Below are positions 39,788-50,618 of a stretch of DNA of 64,000 nucleotides, one piece after another. Both the position numbers and the translations under genes were made by a program. Each line of letters begins with the position of its first letter. Position 1 is the stretch's first letter. Below the pieces are notes generated by a model. That model had not been told where the DNA came from. It worked only from the letters and a program-made list of their open reading frames with translations, and made no database searches. Source of the DNA: a candidate division FCPU426 bacterium (GTDB taxonomy: Bacteria > Oederibacteriota > PGYV01 > Palsa-1178); assembly GCA_963840035.1 (NCBI GenBank), contig CAWIXE010000003.1, forward strand, positions 416,001 to 480,000, written 5' to 3'.

Positions 39788-40300
39788 TTACTTTGCCGGC
39801 GATTTTATTATCTTTTCCGCTTTTACGGCCTCTTTAGCCACCGGAATCCTGAAAATAAACTTAGAATAAGCTTTTACAACCGGGTAAGTAAGCGATTTTT
39901 TCAGGTCTTTTTTAAAGTTAAAGAGATTCTTTTCGCCCAAGAAGTTAAAGGTCAGGTATACCGGCACAAGCAGAAGGGTAATAAGGAGTATTGAGCCGAG
40001 TATCCTGTCTATGAAAGCCAGAGACATGAATTCAAAGAAGTGCGTTATAGCCACCCCGACAAATACAATCAGCGAACTTGCAAGTATGAAAATGATAAGG
40101 TAAGAAAACAGCACGGACCTGGAAGGGTCGCTGACATGCGGCGCCAAAAGTTTCGCCAGCCAGACATGGCCGAAATTAGCCGTTACTATACCCGCCAAAA
40201 AGGCGATGGGGATAATTATCATGAATATGCCGCGCAGTTTCCAGCCGATGAAGAAACCCAATAGGACTGTTACCAGTATGATTATGTCTATGTAATTCAT
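39788..40300 (-). CDS. cvpA: CvpA family membrane protein
   Basis: MNYIDIII..GF..G and IDRILGS; adjacent to pur genes. Confidence 0.8.
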   Translation of the reverse strand: MNYIDIIILVTVLLGFFIGWKLRGIFMIIIPIAFLAGIVTANFGHVWLAKLLAPHVSDPSRSVLFSYLIIFILASSLIVFVGVAITHFFEFMSLAFIDRILGSILLITLLLVPVYLTFNFLGEKNLFNFKKDLKKSLTYPVVKAYSKFIFRIPVAKEAVKAEKIIKSPAK

Positions 40301-40488
40301 GACGCCTCCTGATTAAGTTTTCTAATATTAACATATATATTAATGAAGGTCAATAAAAGTCGATTTTATGTCTATCCATGAAAACCCGGGGTTCTGTGGC
40401 GTATAAGTTCCTTAAAAATTCCTTGCAAAACCTTGCCTTTGCTATATAATAGTGTGGTAATTTTCAACATCACACCGAGGTGAACGCA

Positions 40489-40728
40489 ATGGCAAAAGTC
40501 AGGATACACGTCACTTTAAAGGACGGAGTTTTAGACCCCCAGGGCAAGACTGTACAGGCTGCCCTTGATAAGATGGGTTATAAGAACGTGGAGAGCGTAA
40601 GGATAGGCAAGTATATAGAAGTGGAAACAAGCGGCGACTCCAAGAACCTAAAGAAAGAAATAGACGAAATTTGCGACAAACTGCTGGCAAACCCGAACAT
40701 TGAGAAGTACAGCTTTACGATTGAATAG
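40489..40728 (+). CDS. purS: FGAM synthase subunit PurS
   Basis: LKDGVLDPQG, VRIGKYIE and CDKLLANPNIEKY. Confidence 0.96.
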   Translation: MAKVRIHVTLKDGVLDPQGKTVQAALDKMGYKNVESVRIGKYIEVETSGDSKNLKKEIDEICDKLLANPNIEKYSFTIE

Positions 40729-40740
40729 GATATAAAGCAG

Positions 40741-40806
40741 AGCCCAAAGCCCAGAGCTCAAGGGAAAATAGTCAGGACTTGGGCTATGGGCTTTGAGCTT
40801 TGGGCT
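40741..40806. repeat. Inverted heptamer-array element (unit AGCCCAA)
   Basis: AGCCCAA AGCCCAG AGCTCAA, 17 nt, TTGGGCT ATGGGCT TTGAGCT TTGGGCT. Confidence 0.9.
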
Positions 40807-40877
40807 AAGACCGCCAAACGGTCGGATAAGCACAACGAAAGATGGCTGCTAACTAAGCGTGAACAGGAGCAAAACAA

Positions 40878-41582
40878 ATGATAAAATTCGGAGTTGTTGT
40901 TTTTCCCGGATCAAACTGTGATAAGGATTGCCTCTGGGCGTCAAAGGACATATCGGGGCAGAAGGCTGATTTTATCTGGCACGAGTCAAAAAATCTTTCC
41001 AAATACGACGTTATAATACTTCCGGGCGGGTTTTCATACGGCGATTACCTGCGTTCGGGCGCCATTGCCAGGTTCTCAAAGGTCATGGATTCCGTGCAGA
41101 AATTCGCGGCTAAAAAAAATAAGATGGTAGTCGGCATATGCAACGGCTTCCAGATACTCCTGGAAGCGGGGCTTTTACCCGGCGCCATGCTGCACAACAA
41201 GAACCTGAAATTCATCTGCAAATACGTAAATCTGTCGGTGGACAACAATTCAACGGCTTTTACAAATAACTGCGCCAAGGGCCAGGTTTTGCGCATACCG
41301 ATTGCTCACGGCGAAGGAAATTATTTCTGCGACGAAAAAACGCTCAACTCATTAATTGAAAATGACCAGGTGGTTTTTAGGTACTGCGACGAGAAGGGCG
41401 CGATAAACGACGAGGCCAACCCCAACGGAGCCATATACAATATAGCAGGCATAATGAACAAACGGGGAAATGTCATGGGCATGATGCCCCACCCGGAACG
41501 CGCCATGACAAAACAACTGGGATCCACGGATGGTAATTTTATTTTTAAGTCGATAATAAACCATGCTAAAAAGTGCCTATAA
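40878..41582 (+). CDS. purQ: FGAM synthase subunit PurQ
   Basis: [27 protein letters not shown] and MMPHPER. Confidence 0.97.
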   Translation: MIKFGVVVFPGSNCDKDCLWASKDISGQKADFIWHESKNLSKYDVIILPGGFSYGDYLRSGAIARFSKVMDSVQKFAAKKNKMVVGICNGFQILLEAGLLPGAMLHNKNLKFICKYVNLSVDNNSTAFTNNCAKGQVLRIPIAHGEGNYFCDEKTLNSLIENDQVVFRYCDEKGAINDEANPNGAIYNIAGIMNKRGNVMGMMPHPERAMTKQLGSTDGNFIFKSIINHAKKCL

Positions 41583-41591
41583 GGAGCTGAC

Positions 41592-43865
41592 ATGTCAAAA
41601 TACAACAAGGCAAACGACCTCGAGATAACGCCCGAGATCATCAAGGAACACGGCTTTAAGCCGGACGAATATCAGAACATTTTAACCATCCTCGGAAGGA
41701 AGCCTACTTACGTTGAAATAGGCATATTTTCCGCCATGTGGTCTGAACACTGCAGCTATAAGCACTCAAAGACAACCCTGAAAAAATTCCCTCATAAGGG
41801 CAAGTATGTCATACAGGGGCCGGGGGAGAATGCCGGTATTATCGATACCAACTCGGACCTGGGCGTGGCTTTCAAAATAGAATCGCACAACCATCCTTCG
41901 GCAGTTGAGCCCTTTCAGGGCGCGGCCACCGGAGTGGGCGGCATATTAAGGGATATTTTTACCATGGGCGCGAGGCCTGTGGCGTCATGCGATTCGCTTA
42001 GGTTCGGAAGCCTTGATTCTGCCAACACACACAGGCTGCTGCCGGGAGTTGTAGCGGGCATAGCTTTTTATGGCAACTGTATCGGAGTCCCGACAATAGC
42101 CGGGGAAACGGTCTTTGAGGATTCATATGAGGAAAACTGCCTTGTAAACGCCATGACCATAGGTATAGTGGAAAAGAAAAAAATTATAAAAGCTAAAGCT
42201 TCGGGGCTCGGCAATTCGGTAATGTATATAGGGGCGGCCACCGGACGCGACGGCATACACGGCGCCACGTTCGCCTCGGCGGAATTATCCGAGGAGACAG
42301 CGCAGAACAGGTCCTCGGTCCAGGTAGCGGACCCTTTCATGGAAAAACTCCTGCTTGAAGCCACACTCGAGCTCATAGACGCGAAAATAATGGTGGGCAT
42401 ACAGGACATGGGAGCGGCCGGGCTTACTTCATCCTCCACGGAAATGGCATACAGGGGCGGCGTTGGCATTGAACTGAATATGGACATGATACCAAAGCGC
42501 GAAAAAGGCATGAATGCCTACGAGATAATGCTTTCCGAGTCGCAGGAGAGGATGCTGCTAGTTTCCAAAAAGGGCAAGGAAAAACAGGTGGAGAGGATCC
42601 TTAATAAATGGGGGCTTCACGCGGTAGTCATAGGCAAAGTAATAAAAAAACCGAATGTCGTGGTCATAGAAAAAGGCAAGGTCGTGGCGGATATTCCAGT
42701 CATGCCACTGACCGACTCGGACCATCCGCTCTTCCCGCTTAAAAAACAGAAGGGCATTAAGCCCGCTTATTTAAAGGATAGCAACATAAAGCCCGGGGAA
42801 ATCAGCATACCTGATGATATGGAAGCCGTTTTAAAAACCCTTATGGCATGCCCTAACATAGCTTCAAAGTCAAACATATGGGAGCAATACGACCACATGG
42901 TCCAGACAAATACCGCGACCCTTCCGGGTTCTGACGCGGGATTAATTGATGTTAAGGACAAGGACTTCATGATAGCCACATCCACCGACTGCAACGGAAG
43001 GTATGTTTACCTTGACCCGTTTAAAGGCGGGCAGATAGCGATAGCGGAATCCGCGAGGAATGTTTCCTGTGCGGGCGCCGAGCCGGTCGCATTTACCAAC
43101 TGCCTTAACTTCGGAAACCCCGAGGATCCGGAAATATTCTGGCAGTTTGAAAAGGCCGTGGAAGGCATGTCGGCCGCCGCCACTGTTTTAAAGACGCCGG
43201 TAATATCCGGCAACGTATCTTTTTACAATGAAGGAAAGAAAGGCGCCATATACCCGACCCCGGTCGTAGGCATGGTGGGATACATAACAGGAAAAGAAAA
43301 AAGGTACGCGAAGCAGTATTTTAAGGATAACAACGATGTAATACTTATGCTGGGCCAGTCAAAGGACGAGATAGGCGCCTCAGAATACCTTAAGGTAATT
43401 CATGGCGTAATAAAAGGGCCGGTTCCGGATATAGACATGAAGAATGAGGCTGCAGTGCAGAAAGCCTGCAGGCAGGGAATCAAAAAAGGCTTTGTCAAAT
43501 CCGCGCACGACACTTCAAAAGGCGGACTTGCCGTAGCCCTGGCAGAGTGCTGCATCACAGCCACGCTGCACGGCGAAAAGCCAATCGGCGCTTATATTGA
43601 GCTTCAGTCGGATATGCGCCTTGATTCGGTGCTTTTCGGGGAGACGCAGTCAAGGATCATAGTGACGGTCGCGAAGGAAAACGTGGCGGCCATGAAAAAG
43701 ATAGCGGGGAAGAACAAAGTGGTTATTTCCGAGCTGGGAAAGGTCGGAGGCAACAGGCTTATAATAGATGTCGACTGGGCCTCAAAGAAAAACTCGAAAA
43801 AGATAAACATACAGCTTGAAGAACTTTTGAAACTCTGGAGCAACGGGGTAAACAAATATGTTTAA
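41592..43865 (+). CDS. purL: FGAM synthase subunit PurL (small form)
   Basis: MWSEHCSYK, ESHNHPS, QDMGAAGL and SESQERM. Confidence 0.97.
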   Translation: MSKYNKANDLEITPEIIKEHGFKPDEYQNILTILGRKPTYVEIGIFSAMWSEHCSYKHSKTTLKKFPHKGKYVIQGPGENAGIIDTNSDLGVAFKIESHNHPSAVEPFQGAATGVGGILRDIFTMGARPVASCDSLRFGSLDSANTHRLLPGVVAGIAFYGNCIGVPTIAGETVFEDSYEENCLVNAMTIGIVEKKKIIKAKASGLGNSVMYIGAATGRDGIHGATFASAELSEETAQNRSSVQVADPFMEKLLLEATLELIDAKIMVGIQDMGAAGLTSSSTEMAYRGGVGIELNMDMIPKREKGMNAYEIMLSESQERMLLVSKKGKEKQVERILNKWGLHAVVIGKVIKKPNVVVIEKGKVVADIPVMPLTDSDHPLFPLKKQKGIKPAYLKDSNIKPGEISIPDDMEAVLKTLMACPNIASKSNIWEQYDHMVQTNTATLPGSDAGLIDVKDKDFMIATSTDCNGRYVYLDPFKGGQIAIAESARNVSCAGAEPVAFTNCLNFGNPEDPEIFWQFEKAVEGMSAAATVLKTPVISGNVSFYNEGKKGAIYPTPVVGMVGYITGKEKRYAKQYFKDNNDVILMLGQSKDEIGASEYLKVIHGVIKGPVPDIDMKNEAAVQKACRQGIKKGFVKSAHDTSKGGLAVALAECCITATLHGEKPIGAYIELQSDMRLDSVLFGETQSRIIVTVAKENVAAMKKIAGKNKVVISELGKVGGNRLIIDVDWASKKNSKKINIQLEELLKLWSNGVNKYV

Positions 43866-45291
43866 TCGTGAAGACAAGATAAAGGAAGCCTGCGGCGTAT
43901 TCGGCATATTCGGACACCCGGAAGCATCAACCATGACATACCTGGGGCTGTACGCGTCCGAGCACAGGGGACAGGAAAGCGCCGGCATAGTTACCGTGGA
44001 TGAAGGCGGCAGGATGTATGACAGGGTGGAGATGGGAGTTGTCGCCGATATTTTTGACGAGAAGCAGCTTGTGAAGCTTGAAGGCAACAGGGCCATAGGG
44101 CATGTGCGTTACTCAACGACCGGCTCTTCAAACCTGCAGAACGCCCAGCCTGTGCGCGTTAATTACATAAACGGCGACTTGGCTGTGGCGCATAACGGAA
44201 ACCTGGTCAATGCCGACGAGATTAAAAGGGAACTTGAAGTACGCGGGTCCATATTCAAGTCCACCATAGACAGCGAAGTGCTCGTGCACCTGATAGCCAT
44301 GTATAATAACATGCCCTTCCTGGAAGCCGTAAAAGAATCCTTGAGGAAGTTAAAAGGGGCGTTTTCATTTATGATAATGAACAAGGACTATGTCATAGCA
44401 GCCCGCGACCCCAACGGATTCAGGCCGCTTGAAATCGGTAAAATTGACGGGGCTTATGTTTTTGCCTCTGAGACATGCGCTTTTGACCTTATAAACGCCG
44501 AGCATGTCGGCACAGTGGAACCCGGCGAGATGGTGGTGCTTTCAAAAGACCCGTTAACCGGCGGGGTAAAGATGGAAAACATGAAATACGCGGAGCGCTT
44601 AAGGAGCGCGATGTGCGTTTTTGAATTCATATATTTTGCCAGGCCGGACAGCTACATATTCGGCAGGACAGTAAATGAAATAAGGCGCGGGCTCGGAAAA
44701 CAGCTGGCGCTTGAATCACACGCTGACGCTGACGTTGTAATCCCTGTGCCGGATTCGGGCGTTTCAGCCGCGATAGGCTACGCTGAAGGCTCCGGAATAA
44801 AGTACGATATGGGGCTTATCAGGAACCATTATATAGGAAGGACCTTTATAGAACCGTCGCAGTCCATCAGGGACTTCGGGGTAAAGATTAAGCTAAACCC
44901 GGTAAAAGAAATTATAAAAGGCAAAAGGGTGGTCGTGGTGGATGACTCCATAGTCCGCGGCACCACAAGCAGGAAGATAATAAAGATGATAAGGAACGCC
45001 GGCGCCAAGGAAATCCACTACAGGATTTCGTCGCCGCCAATATTTAACCCCTGTTTCTACGGTATGGACTTCCCCACAAAGGCCGAGCTTATAGCAAACA
45101 GCCACTCGGTTGAGGAGATAAAAAAGTACCTCCGCGTGGATACCTTCGCGTACCTTTCTATGGAAGGGCTGGTAAAAGCGGTAGGCGGAAGGAAAGACAA
45201 GTACTGTATGGCCTGCTTTGACGGGGACTATCCGGTGGATTTTAAGGAAGGCCAGAGCAAACTGCAGTTTGAACCGGGCGGGAAATGCTGA
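43858..45291 (+). CDS. purF: Amidophosphoribosyltransferase
   Basis: Propeptide then CGVFG, HRGQESAG, GHVRYST and VVDDSIVRGTT. Confidence 0.97.
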   Translation: MFNREDKIKEACGVFGIFGHPEASTMTYLGLYASEHRGQESAGIVTVDEGGRMYDRVEMGVVADIFDEKQLVKLEGNRAIGHVRYSTTGSSNLQNAQPVRVNYINGDLAVAHNGNLVNADEIKRELEVRGSIFKSTIDSEVLVHLIAMYNNMPFLEAVKESLRKLKGAFSFMIMNKDYVIAARDPNGFRPLEIGKIDGAYVFASETCAFDLINAEHVGTVEPGEMVVLSKDPLTGGVKMENMKYAERLRSAMCVFEFIYFARPDSYIFGRTVNEIRRGLGKQLALESHADADVVIPVPDSGVSAAIGYAEGSGIKYDMGLIRNHYIGRTFIEPSQSIRDFGVKIKLNPVKEIIKGKRVVVVDDSIVRGTTSRKIIKMIRNAGAKEIHYRISSPPIFNPCFYGMDFPTKAELIANSHSVEEIKKYLRVDTFAYLSMEGLVKAVGGRKDKYCMACFDGDYPVDFKEGQSKLQFEPGGKC

Positions 45292-45310
45292 GGTAAATAT
45301 ACAATATACC

Positions 45311-45355
45311 GGGCGGCTGAATCCTTAGAAAACAGGATGCAGCCGCCCTTTTTTT
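45311..45355 (+). terminator. Intrinsic terminator after purF
   Basis: GGGCGGCTG...CAGCCGCCC followed by T7. Confidence 0.85.
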
Positions 45356-45373
45356 ATTATTTGGTATGTCTTT

Positions 45374-45463
45374 CCTTAACCCTTATACTTATCCTTAACC
45401 TTAGCATTTGGAATTTGCTTAGGTCTAAAGGCTAAGGATAAGTATTAAGGGTAAGGGTTAAGG
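45374..45463. repeat. Inverted 6/7-mer array element (unit CCTTA[A/T])
   Basis: CCTTAAC CCTTAT ACTTAT CCTTAA CCTTAG ... GCTAAGG ATAAGT ATTAAGG GTAAGG GTTAAGG. Confidence 0.85.
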
Positions 45464-45598
45464 GGCGGCATAACACCCCATGTCCTATAGGAATGATAGC
45501 CTTTCAATCGATATACTACCAAATCGCTAACAATTTACACAAGCGTATTATATTGCTATACTTTTATCAAAGAACGAAATACACAGCGAGGTGCGATA

Positions 45599-46597
45599 AT
45601 GAAAAAAATACTTGTTATTTTTTTAACCCTTTTTTCCTTCAGCCTTATTTCCGCCATGGATACCAGGCCGTATAAGAAATTTTACTCTGTCCAGGCAGCC
45701 ACTTTCTTTAAAAAGGACTGTAAAAAAGCGCATGACCTCTACATAAAGCTCAAGGATAAGGGAATGATGGTTTATTACATAAAGGATAAGGAAGGCAGGC
45801 GCGACTGCGTAAGAATCAGGCTGGGCGTTTACGGGTCTGAGGAAGAGGCAAAAGCTGCGGCTGTTGCTTTTAAAGGAAGCGAAAAGATGAGCCCGGAAAT
45901 AGTCACAACTTCCGGCATCACGATAACGGACCATAAAGGCCGGTTTGACATTATTAACACCCCGAGCGGAATATGGCTCTATGATTATAAGAACTTCAGG
46001 GAAATTAAGAATTTTGGCGCGGATTTTCACTGTGAGACTTTAACCGCTGAAAACCCGGTTGCGGTCTCGCCGGACGGCAAAAAAATAGTCTACTTGTTTG
46101 ACGGAAAAATAAATAAGATAAACCTTAAGACAGGCAGGGAAACCGATATTGTAAAGCCGTCCGGTATGAAAATGAAGCTGGAGCGTTCGTCTCCCAAATG
46201 GTCGCCTGACGGGGAATACATAGCGTTCCTTGATTCAATGAATACTAAGGCTGGGACGTGCCTTAGGGTCGTGAAGGAAGACGGAACCGGTGAACGCTGC
46301 GTTATTGACAATTCCGGCAAGAGCAGGGCTGTTATGTCATTTGAATGGGCAGGCAGGAAAAACAGGCTCGTTTACGTCGAAGGCGAATCAACCATGAGGG
46401 TGCCCATAGGCGGGGAACTTTATGTGACGGGCCTGGACGGAAGGTCAAAGCTCCTTATCCGGCCGGAAAAAGGCTCGGTGGTATACCACGATTTTGAAAT
46501 AGACGGAAGAAAAGCCATTTACACGGTTGCTTCATTTAAGAAAAGAGGGCATGAAGCATATGACCTTGGACCGGAGCAGTCCGTCGATATAAACTGA
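45599..46597 (+). CDS. Exported SPOR-like domain + TolB/PD40-like beta-propeller protein
   Basis: Signal peptide; YSVQAATF..RIRLGVYGSEEEA; VSPDGKKIVY and PKWSPDGEYIAF. Confidence 0.75.
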   Translation: MKKILVIFLTLFSFSLISAMDTRPYKKFYSVQAATFFKKDCKKAHDLYIKLKDKGMMVYYIKDKEGRRDCVRIRLGVYGSEEEAKAAAVAFKGSEKMSPEIVTTSGITITDHKGRFDIINTPSGIWLYDYKNFREIKNFGADFHCETLTAENPVAVSPDGKKIVYLFDGKINKINLKTGRETDIVKPSGMKMKLERSSPKWSPDGEYIAFLDSMNTKAGTCLRVVKEDGTGERCVIDNSGKSRAVMSFEWAGRKNRLVYVEGESTMRVPIGGELYVTGLDGRSKLLIRPEKGSVVYHDFEIDGRKAIYTVASFKKRGHEAYDLGPEQSVDIN

Positions 46598-46615
46598 CAG
46601 CAAGGCCAATATGTG

Positions 46616-46642
46616 AAAAGGGCGGCTAAAAGCCGCCCTTTT
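46616..46642. terminator. Intrinsic terminator (bidirectional form)
   Basis: AAAAGGGCGGCT-aaa-AGCCGCCCTTTT. Confidence 0.85.
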
Positions 46643-46722
46643 GTATTTTTGACGTAAAATTGACTTGCCCCCGGGGTGATCCCGGTGTATATTTCGTTTA
46701 AGAAATTTAAAGGAGATGGCCC

Positions 46723-46800
46723 ATGTGGATCATAACTTTGGCTGCGTCATTGTTCTTGTTCGTGTACTTAATATTCTCGTTCTTCAACAACAGGGAATAG
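46723..46800 (+). CDS. kdpF: KdpF-like 25-aa membrane peptide (absent from the ORF track)
   Basis: AGGAG RBS, then MWIITLAASLFLFVYLIFSFFNNRE*, ending 10 nt before kdpA. Confidence 0.8.
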   Translation: MWIITLAASLFLFVYLIFSFFNNRE

Positions 46801-46810
46801 GGGGCATAAG

Positions 46811-48526
46811 ATGAACACTAAGATACTGATGGAAATATCCTTCTTTTTTGTGCTTATACTCATCGCCGCAAGGCCGCTGGGAGAATACATGTACCAGGTA
46901 TTTTCCGGAAAGAAAAACCTTTTAACACCGGTTTTCGCGCCATTGGAGGGCGTGTTTTACAGGATATGCGGCGTAAAAAAGGAAGATGAGCAAACCTGGC
47001 TTGATTATGCCGTTTCCCTTATGATATTCAATATCAGCGGGCTGCTGCTGCTTTTTGCCATCATCATGCTACAGGGGTGGCTGCCATTAAACCCGCAGAA
47101 GCTCGGGGCGCCCGGGTTCTGGCTCGCGCTTAACACGGCTGTTTCGTTCGTGACAAATACAAACTGGCAGGCGTACGTGCCCGAGACCACGGTGAGCTAT
47201 TTTACCCAGATGGCCGGGCTCGCCGTCCAGAATTTCCTGTCCGCTGCGACGGGCATTACGGTGGCAATCGCGCTCACAAGGGGGTTTACGCGTAAGGAAA
47301 CAAAATTTTTGGGATCCTTCTGGGTGGACATTACGCGCGCGTGCCTTTACATACTTCTGCCGATATCTATTTTCGGCGCCATATTCCTTGTTTCACAGGG
47401 CGTGCCGCAGAATTTTTCCGCATTTACAAACGCAAAGACAATCGAAGGGGGACAGCAGACCATCGCCCAGGGACCCATGGCATCCCAGGAGGTTATCAAG
47501 GAACTCGGTACCAATGGCGGCGGTTTTGTTAATGCAAATTCATCGCATCCTTATGAAAACCCGACGCCCGCGTCAAATATGTTCGAGATGTTCCTTATAG
47601 TATTGATCTCAGCCGGGCTTATTTTTACCTTCGGCAGGTATGCGGGGGATTTAAAGCAGGGCAGGACCCTGTTTTACGCTGTTTTTGCCGTGTTTATTTT
47701 GTTGGTGCTGTCCGCCGCCTGGTCGGAGACCACGATAAATCCCCTGCTGGCAAAAAATGCCGGGGACAAAGTATCATTCAGCAGCGGCAACACCGAAGGC
47801 AAGGAAACAAGGTTTTTCGGCGGGGCGTCGCCGCTGTTTTCCGTGTCGACCACCGTCACCTCGTGCGGGGCGGTCAACAATATGCACGATTCCAATATGC
47901 CGCTGACCGGGCTTATTGAGCTTTTTGACATGCAGCTGGGGGAACTTATATTCGGCGGGGTCGGGACGGGATTATACACACTGCTGCTTTTTGCGGTCAT
48001 CACCGTGTTCATTGCGGGGCTTATGGTGGGAAGGACGCCCGAATACCTCGGGAAAAAGATAGGTCCGGTGGAGATCCAGCTTACCATAGCCGCAGCCATA
48101 TTTTCCTCCATCCTTATTCTTATAAATTCGGCAGTAGCGGTATATGTGGCTGAAGCGGCAAAATCGGTCGCAAACCCGGGGCCGCACGGTTTTTCAGAGA
48201 TACTTTACGCCGCGACTTCGGCGGGAGCCAATAACGGTTCTGCCTTTGCGGGCCTGAACGCGAACATCAATTTCTGGAATATTTCGCTCGCCATTGAAAT
48301 GTTCCTGGGCAGGTTTGTGCCCATAATACTTGTTCTCGCGCTTGCAGGCCGTCTCGCTGCAAAAAAGGCATCGCCTTCGTCTGTCGGGACCCTGCCGACC
48401 AATGATGCGCTTTTCGCAGTCATGCTTGTGATGGTGATACTTCTTGTGGGCGGGCTTACGTTCCTTCCGGCGCTTTCAATGGGCCCAATCGCGGAACATA
48501 TGAACTTATTCACGGCGTTAAAATAA
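46811..48526 (+). CDS. kdpA: K+-transporting ATPase subunit A
   Basis: SFVTNTNWQAY, LGTNGGG, TSCGAVN and NNGSAF. Confidence 0.97.
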   Translation: MNTKILMEISFFFVLILIAARPLGEYMYQVFSGKKNLLTPVFAPLEGVFYRICGVKKEDEQTWLDYAVSLMIFNISGLLLLFAIIMLQGWLPLNPQKLGAPGFWLALNTAVSFVTNTNWQAYVPETTVSYFTQMAGLAVQNFLSAATGITVAIALTRGFTRKETKFLGSFWVDITRACLYILLPISIFGAIFLVSQGVPQNFSAFTNAKTIEGGQQTIAQGPMASQEVIKELGTNGGGFVNANSSHPYENPTPASNMFEMFLIVLISAGLIFTFGRYAGDLKQGRTLFYAVFAVFILLVLSAAWSETTINPLLAKNAGDKVSFSSGNTEGKETRFFGGASPLFSVSTTVTSCGAVNNMHDSNMPLTGLIELFDMQLGELIFGGVGTGLYTLLLFAVITVFIAGLMVGRTPEYLGKKIGPVEIQLTIAAAIFSSILILINSAVAVYVAEAAKSVANPGPHGFSEILYAATSAGANNGSAFAGLNANINFWNISLAIEMFLGRFVPIILVLALAGRLAAKKASPSSVGTLPTNDALFAVMLVMVILLVGGLTFLPALSMGPIAEHMNLFTALK

Positions 48527-48544
48527 ACCGGCTCGGAGGAAAAA

Positions 48545-50602
48545 ATGGACAATAAACAGCTCAATAGGATAAGCGGAAAGATGCTGCTGGAAGCGGCCAT
48601 AAATTCCATAAAAAAACTTTCGCCTGATAAAATGTGGGCCATACCGGTGATGTTCACCGTAGAGATAGGGGCGATGCTCACCACAATAAGCCTGTTTTTT
48701 GGCATATTCACAAAAACCGGACATGAGGGCATAATGCTGACCCTGCATATATCCGTGTGGCTGTGGCTCACCGTGATTTTTGCGAATTTTGCCGAAGCCC
48801 TGGCCGAATCAAGGGGAAAGGCGACCGCGGATTCGCTGAAAAAGACAAAACGCGATCTTATGGCAAAGAAAGTGGGGGATGCCGCTTCCCGTGACTTCAC
48901 GCTGGTGGCTGCCTCCACGCTTATAAAAGGCGACCTTGTGATAGCGGAGCCATCCGATGTGATATCGCTGGACGGCGAGATAATAAGCGGCATCGCGAGC
49001 ATAGACGAATCCGCGGTAACGGGCGAGTCGGCTCCGGTCATACGCGAGGCAGGAGGGGACCGTTCGAGCGTGATCGGCGGGACCAAGGTCCTCTCGGACT
49101 TTATCGTATACCGCATAACGGCCAATCCCGGCGAAAGTTTCCTGGATAAGATGATAGCGCTGGTTGAGGGCGCCGTGCGTAAAAGGACTCCCAACGAGAT
49201 AGCGCTGAACATACTGCTTATCGCGCTTACTTTTATTTTCCTTCTGGCGGTGTCCACACTCCAGCCATACGCCCATTTTTTGAGCTCGACATTCACCGTG
49301 ACCCAGCTCGTGTCGCTCTTCGTCGCGCTTGCGCCGACCACCATCGGAGCGCTGCTTTCGGCGATAGGAATAGCCGGCATGAACAGGCTTCTGAAGATAA
49401 ACGTCCTTGCTTTTTCGGGCAAGTCGGTCGAGGCCGCGGGCGATGTGGATGCAGTCCTGCTGGATAAGACGGGTACCATAACGCTGGGGAACAGGCAGGC
49501 CGACGCGTTCCTTCCGGTGAAGGGAGTGGGCGAAGAGGAACTGGCGCTGGCCGCCCAGTATTCCTCGCTGTCGGACGATACTCCCGAAGGCAGGTCCATA
49601 GTCGTTCTCGCCAAGCGCAGATTCAACATCAGGGAGCATGAGTTCGGTTCCACCGATAAGGTAAGTTTTATCCCCTTTAAAGCCGAGACAAGGATGAGTG
49701 GAGTGGATCTAAACGGCGTTATAATAATGAAAGGAGCCGCGGATTCGATAGTTGAATACGTGAAGTCAAAAGACAGGAATGCTGCGATCCCGGACGACCT
49801 GCAGGCTATAGTTGAGTCAGTGGCCGTAAAAGGAGGAACCCCCCTTGTGGTGGCGAAAGAGGCGAGGATACTCGGGGTGATTAATTTAAAGGATATTCTG
49901 AAGGGCGGTATCAGGGAAAGGCTGCTTCAGCTGAATTTGATGGGTATTAAAAGTGTCATGATAACCGGGGACAATCCTGTGACCGCGGCGTCTATCGCGG
50001 CCGAGGCGGGCGTCAACGATTTTTTGTCGAACGCCAAGCCCGAGACAAAACTGGCGCTCATAAAGAAATATCAGGCAGAGGGGCATATGGTGGCCATGAT
50101 CGGCGACGGCACGAACGACGCGCCGGCGCTGGCGCAGGCTGACGTGGGTATCGCCATGAATACCGGCACAGCCGCGGCCAGGGAAGCGGGGAACATGCTT
50201 GACCTTGACTCAAACCCGACAAAGGTAATAGAGGTCGTCGAGATCGGCAAGCAGATACTCATCACGCGCGGTTCGCTAACGACATTTTCCATAGCCAATG
50301 ACGTGGCCAAATACTTTGCCATAGTACCTGCGATGCTCATGGGCATGTTCCCGTCAATGGCCGGGCTGAACATAATGAGGCTGGCATCGCCGTCTTCGGC
50401 TATCCTTTCGGCAATCATATTCAATGCCGTGATAATACCGTCGCTGATACCGCTGGCCCTGCGCGGCGTGCCTTATAAGCCGCAGTCGGCGGCAAGCCTT
50501 TTGAGGGTGAACATACTTATATACGGGCTCGGCGGAGTAATACTTCCGTTCATCGGGATCAAAGCGATAGATATGCTGCTCGCTGCCCTTCATATAGTGT
50601 AG
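48545..50602 (+). CDS. kdpB: K+-transporting ATPase subunit B
   Basis: TGESAPV, DKTGTIT, TGDN and [10 protein letters not shown]. Confidence 0.98.
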   Translation: MDNKQLNRISGKMLLEAAINSIKKLSPDKMWAIPVMFTVEIGAMLTTISLFFGIFTKTGHEGIMLTLHISVWLWLTVIFANFAEALAESRGKATADSLKKTKRDLMAKKVGDAASRDFTLVAASTLIKGDLVIAEPSDVISLDGEIISGIASIDESAVTGESAPVIREAGGDRSSVIGGTKVLSDFIVYRITANPGESFLDKMIALVEGAVRKRTPNEIALNILLIALTFIFLLAVSTLQPYAHFLSSTFTVTQLVSLFVALAPTTIGALLSAIGIAGMNRLLKINVLAFSGKSVEAAGDVDAVLLDKTGTITLGNRQADAFLPVKGVGEEELALAAQYSSLSDDTPEGRSIVVLAKRRFNIREHEFGSTDKVSFIPFKAETRMSGVDLNGVIIMKGAADSIVEYVKSKDRNAAIPDDLQAIVESVAVKGGTPLVVAKEARILGVINLKDILKGGIRERLLQLNLMGIKSVMITGDNPVTAASIAAEAGVNDFLSNAKPETKLALIKKYQAEGHMVAMIGDGTNDAPALAQADVGIAMNTGTAAAREAGNMLDLDSNPTKVIEVVEIGKQILITRGSLTTFSIANDVAKYFAIVPAMLMGMFPSMAGLNIMRLASPSSAILSAIIFNAVIIPSLIPLALRGVPYKPQSAASLLRVNILIYGLGGVILPFIGIKAIDMLLAALHIV

Positions 50603-50618
50603 GAAAAGGAGGATATAA

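Noticed and set aside
40380..40877. Purine, ZTP or PRPP riboswitch near purS/purQ
   Set aside because: The predicted purS leader is short and no recognisable aptamer consensus was seen.
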